Part shown: in pieces, positions 50,320-63,733 of the stretch | Layout of the letters: each line of letters opens with the position of its first letter | Position numbering within the stretch: position 1 is the stretch's first letter | Origin: Macrostomum hystrix | Taxonomy: Eukaryota; Animalia; Platyhelminthes | Assembly: GCA_950097015.1 (NCBI GenBank) | Contig: CATNEN010000034.1 | Coordinates: forward strand, 7,006,001-7,070,000 | DNA length: 64,000 nucleotides | Direction of reading: 5' to 3' | Notes under the pieces: generated by a model | Told to the model about the DNA's origin: nothing | What the model saw: only the letters and a program-made list of their open reading frames with translations | Database searches by the model: none | Translations under genes and position numbers: made by a program

Positions 50320-53300
50320 CGCCGTTGTACTTTTCTCGATGTGTTGCTATCAGGACGGTGTCAGCTTGATTGCTAGGCTTGAAGTGGGATGCAGGACAAC
50401 CTGACAACGCTCGCTTATATAGACGCGAAGATGCGATTGAGTTGCTAATTTTAACTACACAGTGAGTCACCATGGAGCCGCGCAGGCATCACTGTGGGAG
50501 CTCCCTGCCGCTCCCCTTTCTTACCCTCCTTCCTCTTACCTTCAATTGTTCACGCTCGTGAGGCATGCCTTAAAAAGTAATTTTCTCTTCCTCCTCTACA
50601 TCCCATAATTTTTGTTCGCTTTCCTTCCTCCTACCTGTGTCGCCTTCTAATTCCAGTCCCATGCCTGGTACTCATCCGGCTGCTCCAAGGCAGTGAGCGA
50701 GAAAAGGGCCGACTGCCTATGACCCTGCACCGTCCAATCCAAACTTTGCATTGACCGTCTAAAGAGCGCCAAAAAAGGTCGGGAAAGCTATAGGATTGAA
50801 AATGCGAGTGGGTAATGAGGATTTCCCCATCTATTTGCCCCAGCGGCCCGCCCGCCAGCCTCCTTATTGAGTGACGGGCGCGGAGCTGTTCAAAACGAGT
50901 GCGCGAGGGCACAACTCAGCGCATCGATTAAACGCGGAGTATGACTCACGGTGCTGAAATGCAGCCGATTGGAACACGCACCTGCTCTCCCCCACAACGG
51001 GAGACTTCAGGAAAATGGAAGGGCAAACTTTACTGAAGTATTTTGCACTTGCATTGCTGCGGAGTTGGATGGCATGGAGACATTGGCAAGTGCCATTGGC
51101 AACGGCACAAACGCCCAAAGCTTGGCAGGGGGCGGCATAGCAAACTGGCCCGTGTGCGAAAATATAAAGAGAGCGTTTCCGACTACAAGATAGCGTCTGG
51201 CGTTGCCATGGGCAACATGGTAGACTGGCCTTCTGATAATGTAATTCAATGCCAAAATGAGACTAGTTTTATGTTGCCCGCCGTCTGCTTCCTTGGAAAC
51301 GCTGCTCTCATGAAAATACGAGTACATATAGACATTTTATAATAGGACGCAAAATTTTTTTATGTACTCGTAATTTCTGCTTTAAGTTGGTGGAATTCTG
51401 TTTTCATATGATATTTTAGGTCTAGCAGCTCGCAAGCTACTAGTTAGGCATGGTTTCCAAGTCGGGTGATTGACTAGCCAGGGTGTGATTTTCCTAAGTT
51501 GCTTTTCCGGCGAGTAAAACTAGCTTTCTTCCGGTTTTGAGACTGAGTCTCTTCTCTTTTATACTTTTTGTCTCTAGTGTCTCTCATATTCTGGCAATCT
51601 CACAATCAATTAATCATCATTTCCAACAATGCGGGGTCAATTGCCAAGGGAATGTCAACTAGGCTATAAAATGGAGCCCGAGGTCAATCCTCGAACCAAA
51701 CCGACTAAAATCAGTAGATTGTCGATCCAGTCGACTAGAAACACCGAGACATCTCACCCCAGTCGACAAAGCTGCTGTTGTACGTCTTATAACTTTCTGG
51801 CCGAGAGGCATGGCACCCAAGCATTCTATAACGACAGCTATCATGCACATGACCATTTCATCCAGCTGTATTGCTTTGAGCCGTGGATGATGAGAAGTAG
51901 AAATGTAGTCGTTGAAGACCCGGGTCTCTGAACCGAATCTATTTCCATCAGCCGTGTCGCTGACTCACTCGTAGGACGGTGGGTTTTCGACCTGTGCCGA
52001 GAGTGCAGTGCTGCGTGGTCCAAGCTTTCGAGTGTTTCATCCCTTTGGAGGCGTGTGCTCAAAACTTCCAGCCCTTTAAATGGGATGGTAGCTCGGTTGT
52101 AAGCGACTCGATATCACGAGTCTCCAACAAAACTGCTGAAAATCTCCTGAACCCTTACACTGTCGATGTATCTCATGGATTGGACAAAGTGGTGAGGACC
52201 AAGTTGCTTTCATCAACACTTGGAAATCACGAACAGATTGGGAGCAACCCTGTCTGACGTCGTTCGTTATTGGACGTGTTTTGATGGCCAACTGTACCTT
52301 CCGATGCTTTCAGGCAGAGATGTCTGCCACCACAGATGCAGTGTTCAAACATAAGCGATTGTCTGGGCTGTGGAAGCAATGTCAAACAAGTATATCTGTA
52401 AAGAAGCGTTAGAAAAAGGGCGATAAAATAGTTTTCAGAGACCCGTTAGATCTAAGTACTTCTGAACAGTTAAGCGAAAAAAACGTTTTTGTGTAACTGC
52501 ATGGTCTATATAGATTGAATGGTAGAAGCACGTGTCTCGAGATTAAAGTATGTTTGTCATATTTGTCAAAACTTCAATGGCTAAATTCATTATACAATTA
52601 AAAAATTCTCAATATATCATGAGAGTTCATCCAAAAAATTATATAATCACTTGCCGTCGGTATACTCGTATGTACCGTCATGTGATGCAAATTGCACTTT
52701 TAACATTTTAAGCAGGGGTTTGACGAATTTATGGACTTCCTGGTCTGGAGAGAGAATTCCCAAAGAGAGGAAAAAACTTGGGCCAGATTAACAAGGGAGA
52801 GATGAGGGGTAAGAATAATATGAAAAGGGCAGGTAGCCAAGGGGCCGAAAATGTTTTATATGAGAATTTAAAAGAACTATCCAGCTGCTTAAATATGTGA
52901 CTCTACCCACCTAACTTTCGTAGTGTATCCACCAAAAGCATTGAATAACAGAGCAAACTATCAATATAGAAGTATTTGCCAATTTAATTTAAATTTTTAC
53001 CTAAACCAAAGAACTATTTTAATCAAAAACTGTAAACGAAAACATGGTTAAGCTGGTCATGACGACGGGTTTCGAGAATCAATATTTAAACAAGAATAAA
53101 CGATAATTAGGTATTATAACAAAAGAATTCCCATTTCTTCTTTACGTAGCTCAAAGAAACTTTGCTGCAAAAACGTTTTCTTTATTTATTGTAATATAAA
53201 AGAGAATTTTAAAGAAACTTTTGCCTTATTTCTATTACGAAATTTTTGTTCTATAACTAAACTTGCAACGAACCGAAATATTCGCTTCACAACAAATGCA

Positions 53301-55249
53301 ATGCAATGCTCATATTCTAATTCGAACTTTTGCTTTGGTTGAAAAACTCTTAAGTTGATCTATGTTTTGGGGCAAAAATTTTTGGTTCGCTATTTCGTGT
53401 TAAAGTTAATAAATTTGAGTTAGGGATTCTGAAATCGCCGCTGAGCAAAGATCTTTTGTTGACAGAACTGTGAAGCTCGCAAGTGCACTTAAATAGGCTA
53501 GATTTCCCTGCGCAGCGCAATCGCGTTAATTTCACTGCACAGAATATAAATTTACTAAGTCAAGAAAATTTTTTTTCGTTGCAGGTTAATAAGTTGCAAA
53601 ATCCCACGCCTTGTGAGTTGATGTACAATTTTACAATCTGCTGACTGCATGGGCTTTCAGTATATATATTCAGTACATATATATATCCACACAAGAATTA
53701 TTAAAAGAAAAGAAAAAGAATACAAGCTGAATATAAAATCAATTTGGTTTATCAATGCAAATGTGAATGTGAATGTGTTATAGCAGCCTTGGGTAGGCCT
53801 ATGGTGCCTGGGAATCTGGGTTGAAAATTTCCATGCACGCACACTTAACTGTGTCCACAATTTTTTTAAATAGGCTAGCTCTAATAGAGTCAAACTCAAT
53901 AAGGTAAATTTTCTTTTTTAAGGACGCATTATTATAAAGCAAAAATCAACCCTCAACTTTCAAGATACAAATGTAAGAATGTAAGATACCCAACACAAGC
54001 ACAATTTTTGTGTAACTTCATAAAATTTAGCTCCATTTTTGGTTCTCACACAACACAAGCTTAAAAGAACACCTTAAAAAGCTGCAATAGTTTTGTTATT
54101 GCATATTGACTGCAGTCTACAAAGTGTATTTTTAGTGCAGTGTGTAAAAAATGAAGCTAAATTATTGTCAAGGTACATAAATAATGAGATCAGGTTACTC
54201 AATTGATTTTAAGGCACATTTAAACAGGGCTATATTATGGGATTTTGAAACAAACGAAAGACAGGAATATCTCAAGAAGTATACAACTTTTTTACCAAAG
54301 CAGTCATTTAGCAAGCTGAGTTTGTAAGTAAAAATGTTGCAAAAAGGTTAGGTAAGGTTAGCTAGGTTAAGCTTTCTTGATTAAACAAGGTAGGCCTAGG
54401 CCTATGGCATCTGAAAAGGATTTGCTAGGCCTACCCTGAGCAAAGAACACAAAATTAAAATTAGGAAAATACTTTGGAAAGGAATGACCAATAAATGAAC
54501 AGATCTTCTGAGTTATCTTTTAAAAGAGGCATATGGCCTATTTAAAAGCTATGGTTTCTGCAAGTATAATATTGTAATTTAATTGAAATTGGCTGCTTAA
54601 TGTTGATTCAAGAGTAGAAGCAATTTATGGAATTAAAATATATACCAAGAATTCTGATGTCAAGAAGCCATTCTGATGCCATTGCCAAACAAGCTTTGAG
54701 AAACTTGTATATCTAAATGCAAAAAAGTAAAGAAATGTACTAAACACAAAGCATAATGCCCACTGGAATGCTTGTTCAGCAAGGTCAAATTTATTTTAAG
54801 AAAATTTATTGAACAAGCATTAGGATTTTAAGCAACCCATCTTCTAAATACATTTGTTGGTTATACTTTATATTTTGGCTTACTAGTTACTCTCATTAAT
54901 TTTATATTTTTTGTTAAGTATCTGTGTTTGTATACTAGTGGTCTATAGATTTCTAACAATTTACAAAAACAATCTAAGCAAAATGGTCTTGCAGAGTCAA
55001 CTCACTTACTCAATAACAAGTAGCTAGCTGTTTTTTATTATAATTTAAATATGATAAAAATGCAACCAAGGCCTAACTATGTGTAGATCTCTGCTCTTGT
55101 ATGTATAGACAACTTTGCAAGAAACATCACAAAATGGTGTAACTAAAATAAAACAAATAGTTATTTTGTCATGCCATTGTGTATTTTTATCAAATTCATA
55201 TAGATAGATATGATAAGCAGAGATACATACATGATGATCATTATTATGA

Positions 55250-55690
55250 CTTTTTTATTATTATTATTAAAATGCGCACGCCGTCCATGGGTGCTGGGAA
55301 GGGAAAAGCAAAAGCAAAGGTATTAAAAATAAGAGCAGTAAAAACACTTGAGAAACACCAGGAATAAAGCAAAATATGAAATATATATTGTTAAATTTTA
55401 ATACAAGCTCGTAGTCTCAGGGCAGCAGTTCCCTTATTTTAGAGATATCTATGATGTATTTTGCTAAAGCTTCAGTGGTTTCCCTATCGCCTTGAGCCAT
55501 TATGTAGTTAGATTTCTCTTCTGCTGTTAAGGATATGAAATTGGGAGTTTTCCCAGAAATTTCCTTCTTAAAATTCGAACGTGCTGCACTATACATATTC
55601 CAACTGCACTTAAATAGGAAGTGGACCTCGTTTTGAACTTCTGTTTTGCACTTACTACATAATCTATTCATATACACATAGATAGTGTAG
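55250..55690 (-). mobile_element. 3' fragment of a non-LTR retrotransposon (CR1-group-like), copy 2
   Basis: RLCSKCKTEVQNEVHFLFKC..., 3'UTR and (AAT)n tail; matches 35890-36260. Confidence 0.7.
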
Positions 55691-55934
55691 ATAAACATAA
55701 CATAGAATCAGTAACAATATGTATTACAATGCATGCATATCACAAGAATAAAATGGGCAAACTCAAGTGCGAAAATTCCAATCAATCTCATATTTAGTTT
55801 TTGTTCTAACCTTCTAATTTTGCTTAGGACAAAACCGAATTTTTTTTCTTGCACTGCTTGGTTGTTTCATATGTTTAGTAGCAGCTTTAGTCAAAAAGCT
55901 CAAAAATAAGTTATTAATGGTGTTTTTGTGTTAT

Positions 55935-56060
55935 CTAGAGTACCCAGATTTTGTCCATGGACTGAATAGCCATACAGCAATAGCTGCAGCTGTGCCATCA
56001 GCTGCACATCTTTCCAAATTAGGGCAGGTGTTATCAAATAAACAATTAATAAAATTTTTA
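55935..56060 (+). mobile_element. 3' fragment of SINE family A
   Basis: ccatgg(g)actgaa...agctgc.gctgtgc...gctgcacatct...gggcaggtgttatc. Confidence 0.55.
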
Positions 56061-56140
56061 TTACCCTTGGTTTCAGAACGCAGTGCTTTCGCGCCCCCCT
56101 TGCAACCAGAGCGATCAGCTGTGAAACTAAGCCACCAAAC

Positions 56141-59134
56141 ATGCTAGACTTCTTCAGCATCTTCAGCCGCGGCGGCCTTGTGCTGTGGTGCTTCCCCTCG
56201 CCCAGCACTCTGTTCACTAGCTCTGTCAACGCGCTGATTCGCTCGGTTCTGCTTCAGGAGCGAGCCGGCGGCGACAGCGCCTTCTGTCACGAGGCTCTAG
56301 CACTGCGGCATCGTCTTGACAACGAGTACGAATTAGTGTTTGTTGTCTGCTACCAGAAGGTGCTGCAGTTGAACTATGTCGACAAGTTTTTAGACGATAT
56401 TCAGCGCGAATTCCGCGACAAGTACAAGAATGAGCTGGCGCGCGGCCTTCTGGCTGCCGGATTCGGCGACTTCCAGCCGATCTACGCGCGCGTGCTGGAG
56501 ATTAGCGAGGCGGAAGCTCGAGCAGCTGCCAAGCGACCGAAAGAGATGCGCACCTACGTAGAATCGGAAAAGTCCAAGAAGACCGTCAGCTCAATGATTG
56601 TCAGCAACGCTGACCAGTCGTCAACTGCGTCAGCTGCTGGCAAATCGACAACTTCCGCGTTAAAGGCTGACGCAAAAAATGGCCTTGGGTCAAAGACGGC
56701 TCCGGCCAAGGCGGCGCCAGCCGTTGAACCAAAGCGGCCAACGACTGCGGCTGGCGGTGGCGGCGGCAGCAACGGCCAGCTAGACGAGGAAACTCGCCTG
56801 CGCAACCTGGAGCGTCTGGCCGCTAAAAAAGGAATCGGCGCCGGCAAAGGCAAGCAGGCGTCTCCGTCGCCATCGGCCTCCACAGGCGAGACCGCTTCGT
56901 CCTCTGGCAAGCGCGTCAAGCAGAAGACGGTCTGGTCTGATAGCAAGCTGTCACCTGCCGAGATTGAAGCCCTGGATCGTAGCGACGATAAGCACTTGGG
57001 TGGCAACGGCGAGAGCGATGCCGACGCCCTTGCCGCGGCCGCTGACCCGAAGCTGGCCGAACAGAAGCGTCAAATGAAAGGCGAGCTCGTTGAGCTCATC
57101 GTTCCGCCTGCTTACACTGGCGACACTGATGACGAAGAGGAAGACTCGAATGACGTCAGCATCGAAGAACAGGCCGCTGGCAAGCCGTCAGCCCCGTCTG
57201 CAGCCAAAGGAGGTCGCAGTGGCGGGCTGTTCGGCATGTTCCGCGGCCTCGTCGGATCAAAGACGCTGAATGCCGCCGACCTGGCGCCGGTGTTGGATAA
57301 AATGCGCGAACACCTCGTGGCCAAGAATGTTGCCGCCGAGATCGCTGGCAAGCTGTGCGACTCAGTGGCTGCCAGGCTGGAGGGCCGCACAGTTGGCGCC
57401 TTTTCCACCGTCGCTTCCACCGTTCGATCGGCCATGACCGACGCTTGCCTGCAGATCCTCAGTCCGCGTCGGCGTGTCGACATTCTGCGCGACGCCCTCG
57501 AAGCCAAGGCCCGCGGCCGGCCCTACAGCATCGTAATGTGCGGTGTCAACGGCGTCGGCAAGAGCACCAATCTGGCCAAGATCGCCTTCTGGCTCATCGC
57601 CAACGGCTGCCGGGTGCTGATCGCTGCCTGTGATACCTTCCGGTCTGGCGCTGTTGAACAGCTGCGGACCCACGTCCGGCGTCTGGCTGCCGCCTATCCG
57701 CCTGGTTAGTGCCTGATGCATTTCCTGGCACCGATAATAAATTGCATTGTCGACACTCTAGATAGACCCAGCTCCTGTCTTTCTTAGACCAGCTTACCCG
57801 AGGTTCAAGAACTAACATACATGAGTCCATTCTTGTCCTTCGGGCCCGCTTCTATCATACTTCATTACCGCTTTCGACGCCCTTAATAATCCTTCATAAT
57901 CCTTCAGGCCCGCTTCTAGCATCCTTCAGACCCGCTTCTAGCATCCTTCAGACCCGCTTCTAGCATCCTTCAGGCCCGCTCCTATCATCCTTCAGACCCG
58001 CTTCTAGCATCCTTCAGACCCGCTTCTAGCATCCTTCAGACCCGCTTCTAGCATCCTTCAGGCCCGCTTCTAGCATCCTTCAGACCCGCTTCTAGCATCC
58101 TTCAGACCCGCTTCTAGTATCCTTCAGACCCGCTTCTAGCATCCTTCAGGCCCGCTTCTAACATCCTTCAGACCTGATTCTACTATCCTTCAGGCCTGAT
58201 TCTATTTTCCTTGAGGCCCGCTTTCATTCATTACCGCTTTCATTATCCTTCAGGCCCGCTTCTATCATCCTTCAGACCCGCTTCTAGCATCCTTCAGGCC
58301 CGCTTCTAACATCCTTCAGACCTGATTCTTTTTTCCTTCAGGTTCGCTTCTAGCATCATTCAGGCCCGCTTCTGTCATCCTTCAGGCCCGCTTCTGTCAT
58401 CCTTCAGGCCCGCTTCTATCATACTTCAGGACCGCTTTCATTATCCTTCAGGCTCGCTCCTATCATCCTTCAGGACCTCTTTCATTATCCTTCAGGCCCG
58501 CTTCTGTCATCCTTCAGGCCCGCTTTTAACATCCTTCAGACCTGATTCTTTTATCCTTCAGGCCCGCTTCTATCAATCCTTTTGACCCATTTGTAACAGT
58601 CCTGGAGGCCCAGTGTTAGTATTTTATTGTCATTTCGTGTCATTTATTATCACGGCAGAGGAGGACGGCAGCAGCTACGTGGAGCTATATGAGAAAGGCT
58701 ACGGCAAAGACCCGGCCGGTGTTGCTATGGAAGCGCTGCGCTACGCGTCCAATAAGCGCTTCAATGTGTGCCTGATTGACACGGCCGGTCGGATGCAGGA
58801 CAATGAGCCGCTGATGAGAGCCCTGACTAAACTGGTTAGCGTCAATGAGCCCGATCTCGTGCTGTTTGTCGGCGAAGCCCTAGTTGGCAATGAAGCTGTG
58901 GACCAGCTGGTGAAGTTCAACCAGTCCCTAGCCGATATGAGCCAATCGGAGCAGCCGCACACCATCGATGGCATTGTGCTGACCAAGTTTGACACTGTTG
59001 ACGATCAGGTTGGCGCAGCGATCAGCATGACCTACATCACTGGCCAGCCCATTGTGTTTGTTGGCACCGGTCAGACCTACACGGATCTGAAGGCTTTGAG
59101 CGCTAACGCTGTTGTCAACACCCTGCTGCGCTAA
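56141..59134 (+). CDS. SRPRA: Signal recognition particle receptor alpha subunit, 679 aa, 2 exons
   Basis: Exons 56141-57704 and 58659-59134 (2040 nt). [19 protein letters not shown] domain; [56 protein letters not shown]. Confidence 0.97.
57890..58575. repeat. 22-bp minisatellite (rcccgcttctagcatccttcag), degenerating at the edges, in the SRPRA intron
   Basis: About 30 tandem units. Confidence 0.93.
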
Positions 59135-59961
59135 GCGACCGGCTCTGTAATGGTCGGATAATGGTTCATTTAAACCATTGGGTCTGTTTTATTTCCATAA
59201 AATTGACACTTGGAAAATTGTTTAATGGGAAGCGTGTCAAATTCGGTATCAACCTACTAATTAATAAGTAGTCATTGTAGTCTTCTTATGCGAGTCCTAT
59301 GCCGTGGTTCGGATGTTGTTTTGGATATCGCTTTATCTTGACCGTTTATTTGAGGGCCCGGTTCTTCTGTTCAACAGTTTTTGTCAGTCCTCAAAGCCAG
59401 CGCTAGTTGATGATAGGCTAGAGTTTTTCCACCGATTCTCAACTTCCAATTCATTCGTGTTAACATTTTGGCAGCTGGCTTTGTCGGGCACTGCGCATGT
59501 GTTGACTATTTGTTGGACTACATTTATAATTATTTGATGCGTTTGTTGAGTTTCTGATTTACTGTGTTTCGCTTTGTTCACTACTTCATGTTTGTGCATT
59601 ATTTACTTAATTTACTAAGTGGAACTAATTAGAATCCGTGTTGGTGTTTGTCCTGCTTTGTCATTTTTATTTTCAGGATTGGGTTTAATCGTATTTTTGG
59701 TTTCTTCTTTTTTCGCCAAATTATTTCTGTACACGCCTGCATTAATGCTGTGTTATTGTTATTTTTCACTAAATTACTAAGATATTGCCGTTTGTTATGT
59801 CCGATATGCTTATATATTTAGACTCATTTACTCTATTTTATTTATTCTATTCGTGTTAAATATTTATCTTATTAATGGAATATTCGTGCTTGATAAGTGA
59901 AGCTATATAACGTTCTCATTTATAATATTCTAGAATTGCTAGAATCTTAAAATCATCAACC

Positions 59962-60835
59962 CTGTAGGCTCCCGACTAAAACCTGCCTGACCGTGATGTA
60001 CATGTAGGCTCCCGACCAAAACCTGCCTCACCCTAATGTACATGTTGGCTCCGGACCAAAACCTACCTGACCCTAATGTACATGTAGGCTCCCGACCAAA
60101 ACCTGCCTGACCCTAATGTACATGTAGGCTCCCGACCAAAACCTACCTGACCCTAATGTACATGTAGGCTCCCGACCAAAACCTGCCTCACCCTAATGTA
60201 CATGTAGGCTCCCGACCAAAACCTACCTCACCCTAATGTACATGTAGACTCCCGACCAAAACCTGCCTCACCCTAATGTACATGTAGACTCCCGACCAAA
60301 ACCTACCTCACCCTAATGTACATGTAGACTCCCGACCAAAACCTGCCTCACCCTAATGTACATGTAGACTCCCGACCAAAACCTGCCTCACCCTAATGTA
60401 CATGTAGACTCCCGACCAAAACCTACCTCACCCTAATGTACATGTAGACTCCCGACCAAAACCTGCCTCACCCTAATGTACATGTAGGCTCCCGACCAAA
60501 ACCTACCTCACCCTAATGTACATGTAGACTCCCGACCAAAACCTGCCTCACCCTAATGTACATGTAGACTCCCGACCAAAACCTACCTCACCCTAATGTA
60601 CATGTAGACTCCCGACCAAAACCTGCCTCACCCTAATGTACATGTAGACTCCCGACCAAAACCTACCTCACCCTAATGTACATGTAGGCTCCCGACCAAA
60701 ACCTGCCTGACCCTAATGTACATGTAGGCTCCCGACCAAAACCTGCATGACCCTAATGTACATGTAGGCTCCCGACCAAAACCTGCCTGACCCTAATGTA
60801 CATGTAGGCTCCCGACCAAAACCTGCCTGACCCTA
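59962..60835. repeat. 40-bp minisatellite (gtacatgtagrctcccgaccaaaacctrcctsaccctaat), about 22 copies
   Basis: Exact 40-bp periodicity. Confidence 0.97.
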
Positions 60836-61589
60836 TTTACAGACGAGAAGAATGTTTATTTATTGTATTTTCTGTCTTTGCTGGACCTCTGCTATAGATT
60901 TCTTGCACTCGCCTGGTCTTGGAACTGGATCATCGGCATTAGAAATTTATTTTTCTGGATTCTGGTATGCACTGCCATGTGTTTTCACTGGAAATAAATT
61001 TATTTTCACTACTTAACGGAATTCGGGTCCCATTTTGTCCTTGTTGCTTTGGTAAGCTGGAGAATTCAATAACTGCTTAATTTTGTTAACCTTTTCTGTT
61101 TCTAATTTACTGGCTTATCTGTCTGCTTAATCAATTTATTATCGCAATATATAGCCGAGATGCACATTAGTACATATAAGTCTCCTTTTCAGTATAGCTT
61201 TTCTTGTTTTGTGATAGTGATGTGTGTGCTCATCATGTCTTCGTTTCGTGTGTGTACTCTTAAGATTAATTATACATGTCCGATTTTCATATATAAAATT
61301 CTGTTGTTGCTACACTCGGTGTTCTCTGAATGGCTTGTGTTTCATGGCCTAGAAAGGAATTACTATTGTCACTTTTCCTTCAGTAAGATGTATACGAAAA
61401 TGAAAGATAAAATGTGTTCTTGATCCTGTTCGTTTTGTTGTGTTTTTCTTCATGACAAACATGTTGAACTTTTGTGTTTTTTATTTTAAATTGAACAGAC
61501 TCTAATACTGCTGTAAGTAAAAAAGCCTTTTCAGAAAATAATTGGTTATAAGATATGACGCCAGTTTTTACTATTTATTTTTTTACAGC

Positions 61590-62160
61590 TACGCCTGTTT
61601 ACCCCACCTTGCTGCATAGCGACACGTTTGGAATAATGACTAGCACGGTCTTTTATAGTTCTTCTAAATCGCCGAGTACACCAGCCGAGTCTGAAGGCGG
61701 CCAAAACCGACTGCCAGCGCTGGAGACTTTTCATAGTGACGAAGCAAATACTACTGCATCAGCAGGTGTCACTTCTGATCCAGTCGTCTGCTTGGCCTCT
61801 GAGTTTGACCATGTCACAGTTGCGCGTAGCGCTGCCACGTGTTCTGTGCCTGATATGAGAAGCCAATTCCTCCTAGCAGGCAGGAGTGCCGCTAGGAGAA
61901 TAAATGAGGATACTGCTATGGGAATAAATGAGGATGCTGCTATGGAAATAGATGAGGATGCTGCTATGGAAATAGATGAGCTAGATGTGCTAGATGTGCA
62001 GTTGCCGGATGAAGACGTCGTAGCCACCTGCGGTGCTAATAGCGTAGCCAGTGATGGAATATCGTCTGAAATGGATGACGCCGAGATGCGATCGCTGCCA
62101 AAAACTACGATATTCACAGAGTGCAAGTTCGAGAACTGCTCCTTTACTTTTTCCAAGTGA
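61590..62160 (+). CDS. Possible terminal exon of an acidic low-complexity protein
   Basis: Open frame after the acceptor ttttttacag; internal 21-bp repeats (INEDAAM); ends IFTECKFENCSFTFSK. Confidence 0.35.
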
Positions 62161-62329
62161 GGGTTCACCGGCATCGAAAATTCAAACTAACTGTTTTGAA
62201 AGAAAAACTCTAAACTGTTGTTGCGTTGATTATTTTACCGTCGTTTTGCTAAATACATTTACGCCCACAACTGTCTTTGATCGAGTCATCAGCGTTAAGC
62301 AACCCTATGCAAATGCAAATCTATGGGAC

Positions 62330-62372
62330 AATGTGCCATTGCCTGCAGCCCTCCTGCAATTATTATTATTGT
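62330..62372 (+). mobile_element. 3' tail fragment of SINE family B
   Basis: gtgccattgcctgcagccctcctgcaattattattatt matches the end of 31780-32124. Confidence 0.55.
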
Positions 62373-62957
62373 TAAGCTATATATGTAATATTTATTCCTG
62401 GAAACCCTACCTTCAGGTGGCAGCCTCTGCACGGACCAAGTCTCTCCTGAACTATACGATTGTTGATGGAACTATTTAACTTTGGCTATTAACATTTTAA
62501 TTTGAATCAAAATAGGTACTGCTGGTGCCCTATAAACCGAATTGTTTAAACTATAGATATAAACTGTAAACCTCTTTATTAAAGTATTGAAATTCAGTTT
62601 GGTTGAAAAAGGCCCAGTAAAAATAGTACTGTTTCTACTATTCTTAGCATTACTATATATTACTTCCAGACGCGACAGTCGACGCTCCACAATGCAGCCA
62701 CTGACACATTCCAACACCTGTTTACTCTGAAACATCTCTCGAGTGTCCTGTAATTTAGCCTTATTTTATAGGGAGCAGAAAAAATCTGCCTTTCATCTGT
62801 ATTTTAATCAAACCCTGTGCTTTTCTGAAATAAACTTTTTTTCTTTTATTTGCTTTAGTATTTTAGTACTTTTGGCAACCATGGTGTTGTTATATTCTTC
62901 CTTCTTGAACATTTTTAGTAACAACTTACAATAGAAAATGTTGCTGAGTTACAAAAA

Positions 62958-63500
62958 ATGTGTCACTGTAGGATATGGCAGTGTGTCACTGTAGGATATG
63001 GCAGTGTGTCACTGTAGGATATGGCAGTGTGTCACTGTAGGATATGGCAGTGTGTCACTGTAGGATATGGCAGTGTGTCACTGTAGGGTATGGCAGTGTG
63101 TCACTGTAGGATATGGCAGTGTGTCACTGTAGGATATGGCAGTGTGACAGTGTAGGATATGGCAGTGTGTCACTGTAGGATATGGCAGTGTGTCACTGTA
63201 GGATATGGCAGTGTGTCACTGTAGGATATGGCAGTGTGTCACTGTAGGATATGGCAGTGTGTCACTGTAGGGTATGGCAGTGTGTCACTGTAGGATATGG
63301 CAGTGTGTCACTGTAGGATATGGCAGTGTGACAGTGTAGGATATGGCAGTGTGTCACAGTAGGATATGGCAGTGTGTCACTGTAGGATATGGCAGTGTGT
63401 CACTGTAGGATATGGCAGTGTGTCACAGTAGGATATGGCAGTGTCACTGTAGGATATGGCAGTGTGTCAATGTAGGATATGGCAGTGTGTCACTGTAGGA
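62958..63500. repeat. 23-bp minisatellite (tgtcactgtaggatatggcagtg), about 23 copies
   Basis: Direct tandem units. Confidence 0.97.
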
Positions 63501-63544
63501 TTTCTTTACACTGACTTGTTTCAGCTGCCAATCAAATCGTCGGC

Positions 63545-63733
63545 ATGGGCCTCTTTAACCCGAAAGCACCGATTGTGGAGCCGGCCCTGCCGGAGAACCA
63601 CATCAACAGGCAGGCTGTCAGGCTGGTGCAGTACGGCGCGGCACTGTTTGCCTGCGCTTTAGCTGTGCGCGGCGTCTACCGGATGCGCCTGGCCCGGCCC
63701 TACATCTACCGAATGTTCAACAAGCAGAAGTGA
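63545..63733 (+). CDS. Small single-TM protein, 62 aa
   Basis: GC-rich ATG to TGA ORF just after an acceptor-like ttgtttcag; hydrophobic helix YGAALFACALAVRGVY and basic C-terminus. Confidence 0.5.
   Translation: MGLFNPKAPIVEPALPENHINRQAVRLVQYGAALFACALAVRGVYRMRLARPYIYRMFNKQK

Noticed and set aside
51840-52330. Degenerate reverse transcriptase fragment (PITNDVRQGC) on the minus strand
   Set aside because: Only one short motif is recognisable, which is not enough to annotate.
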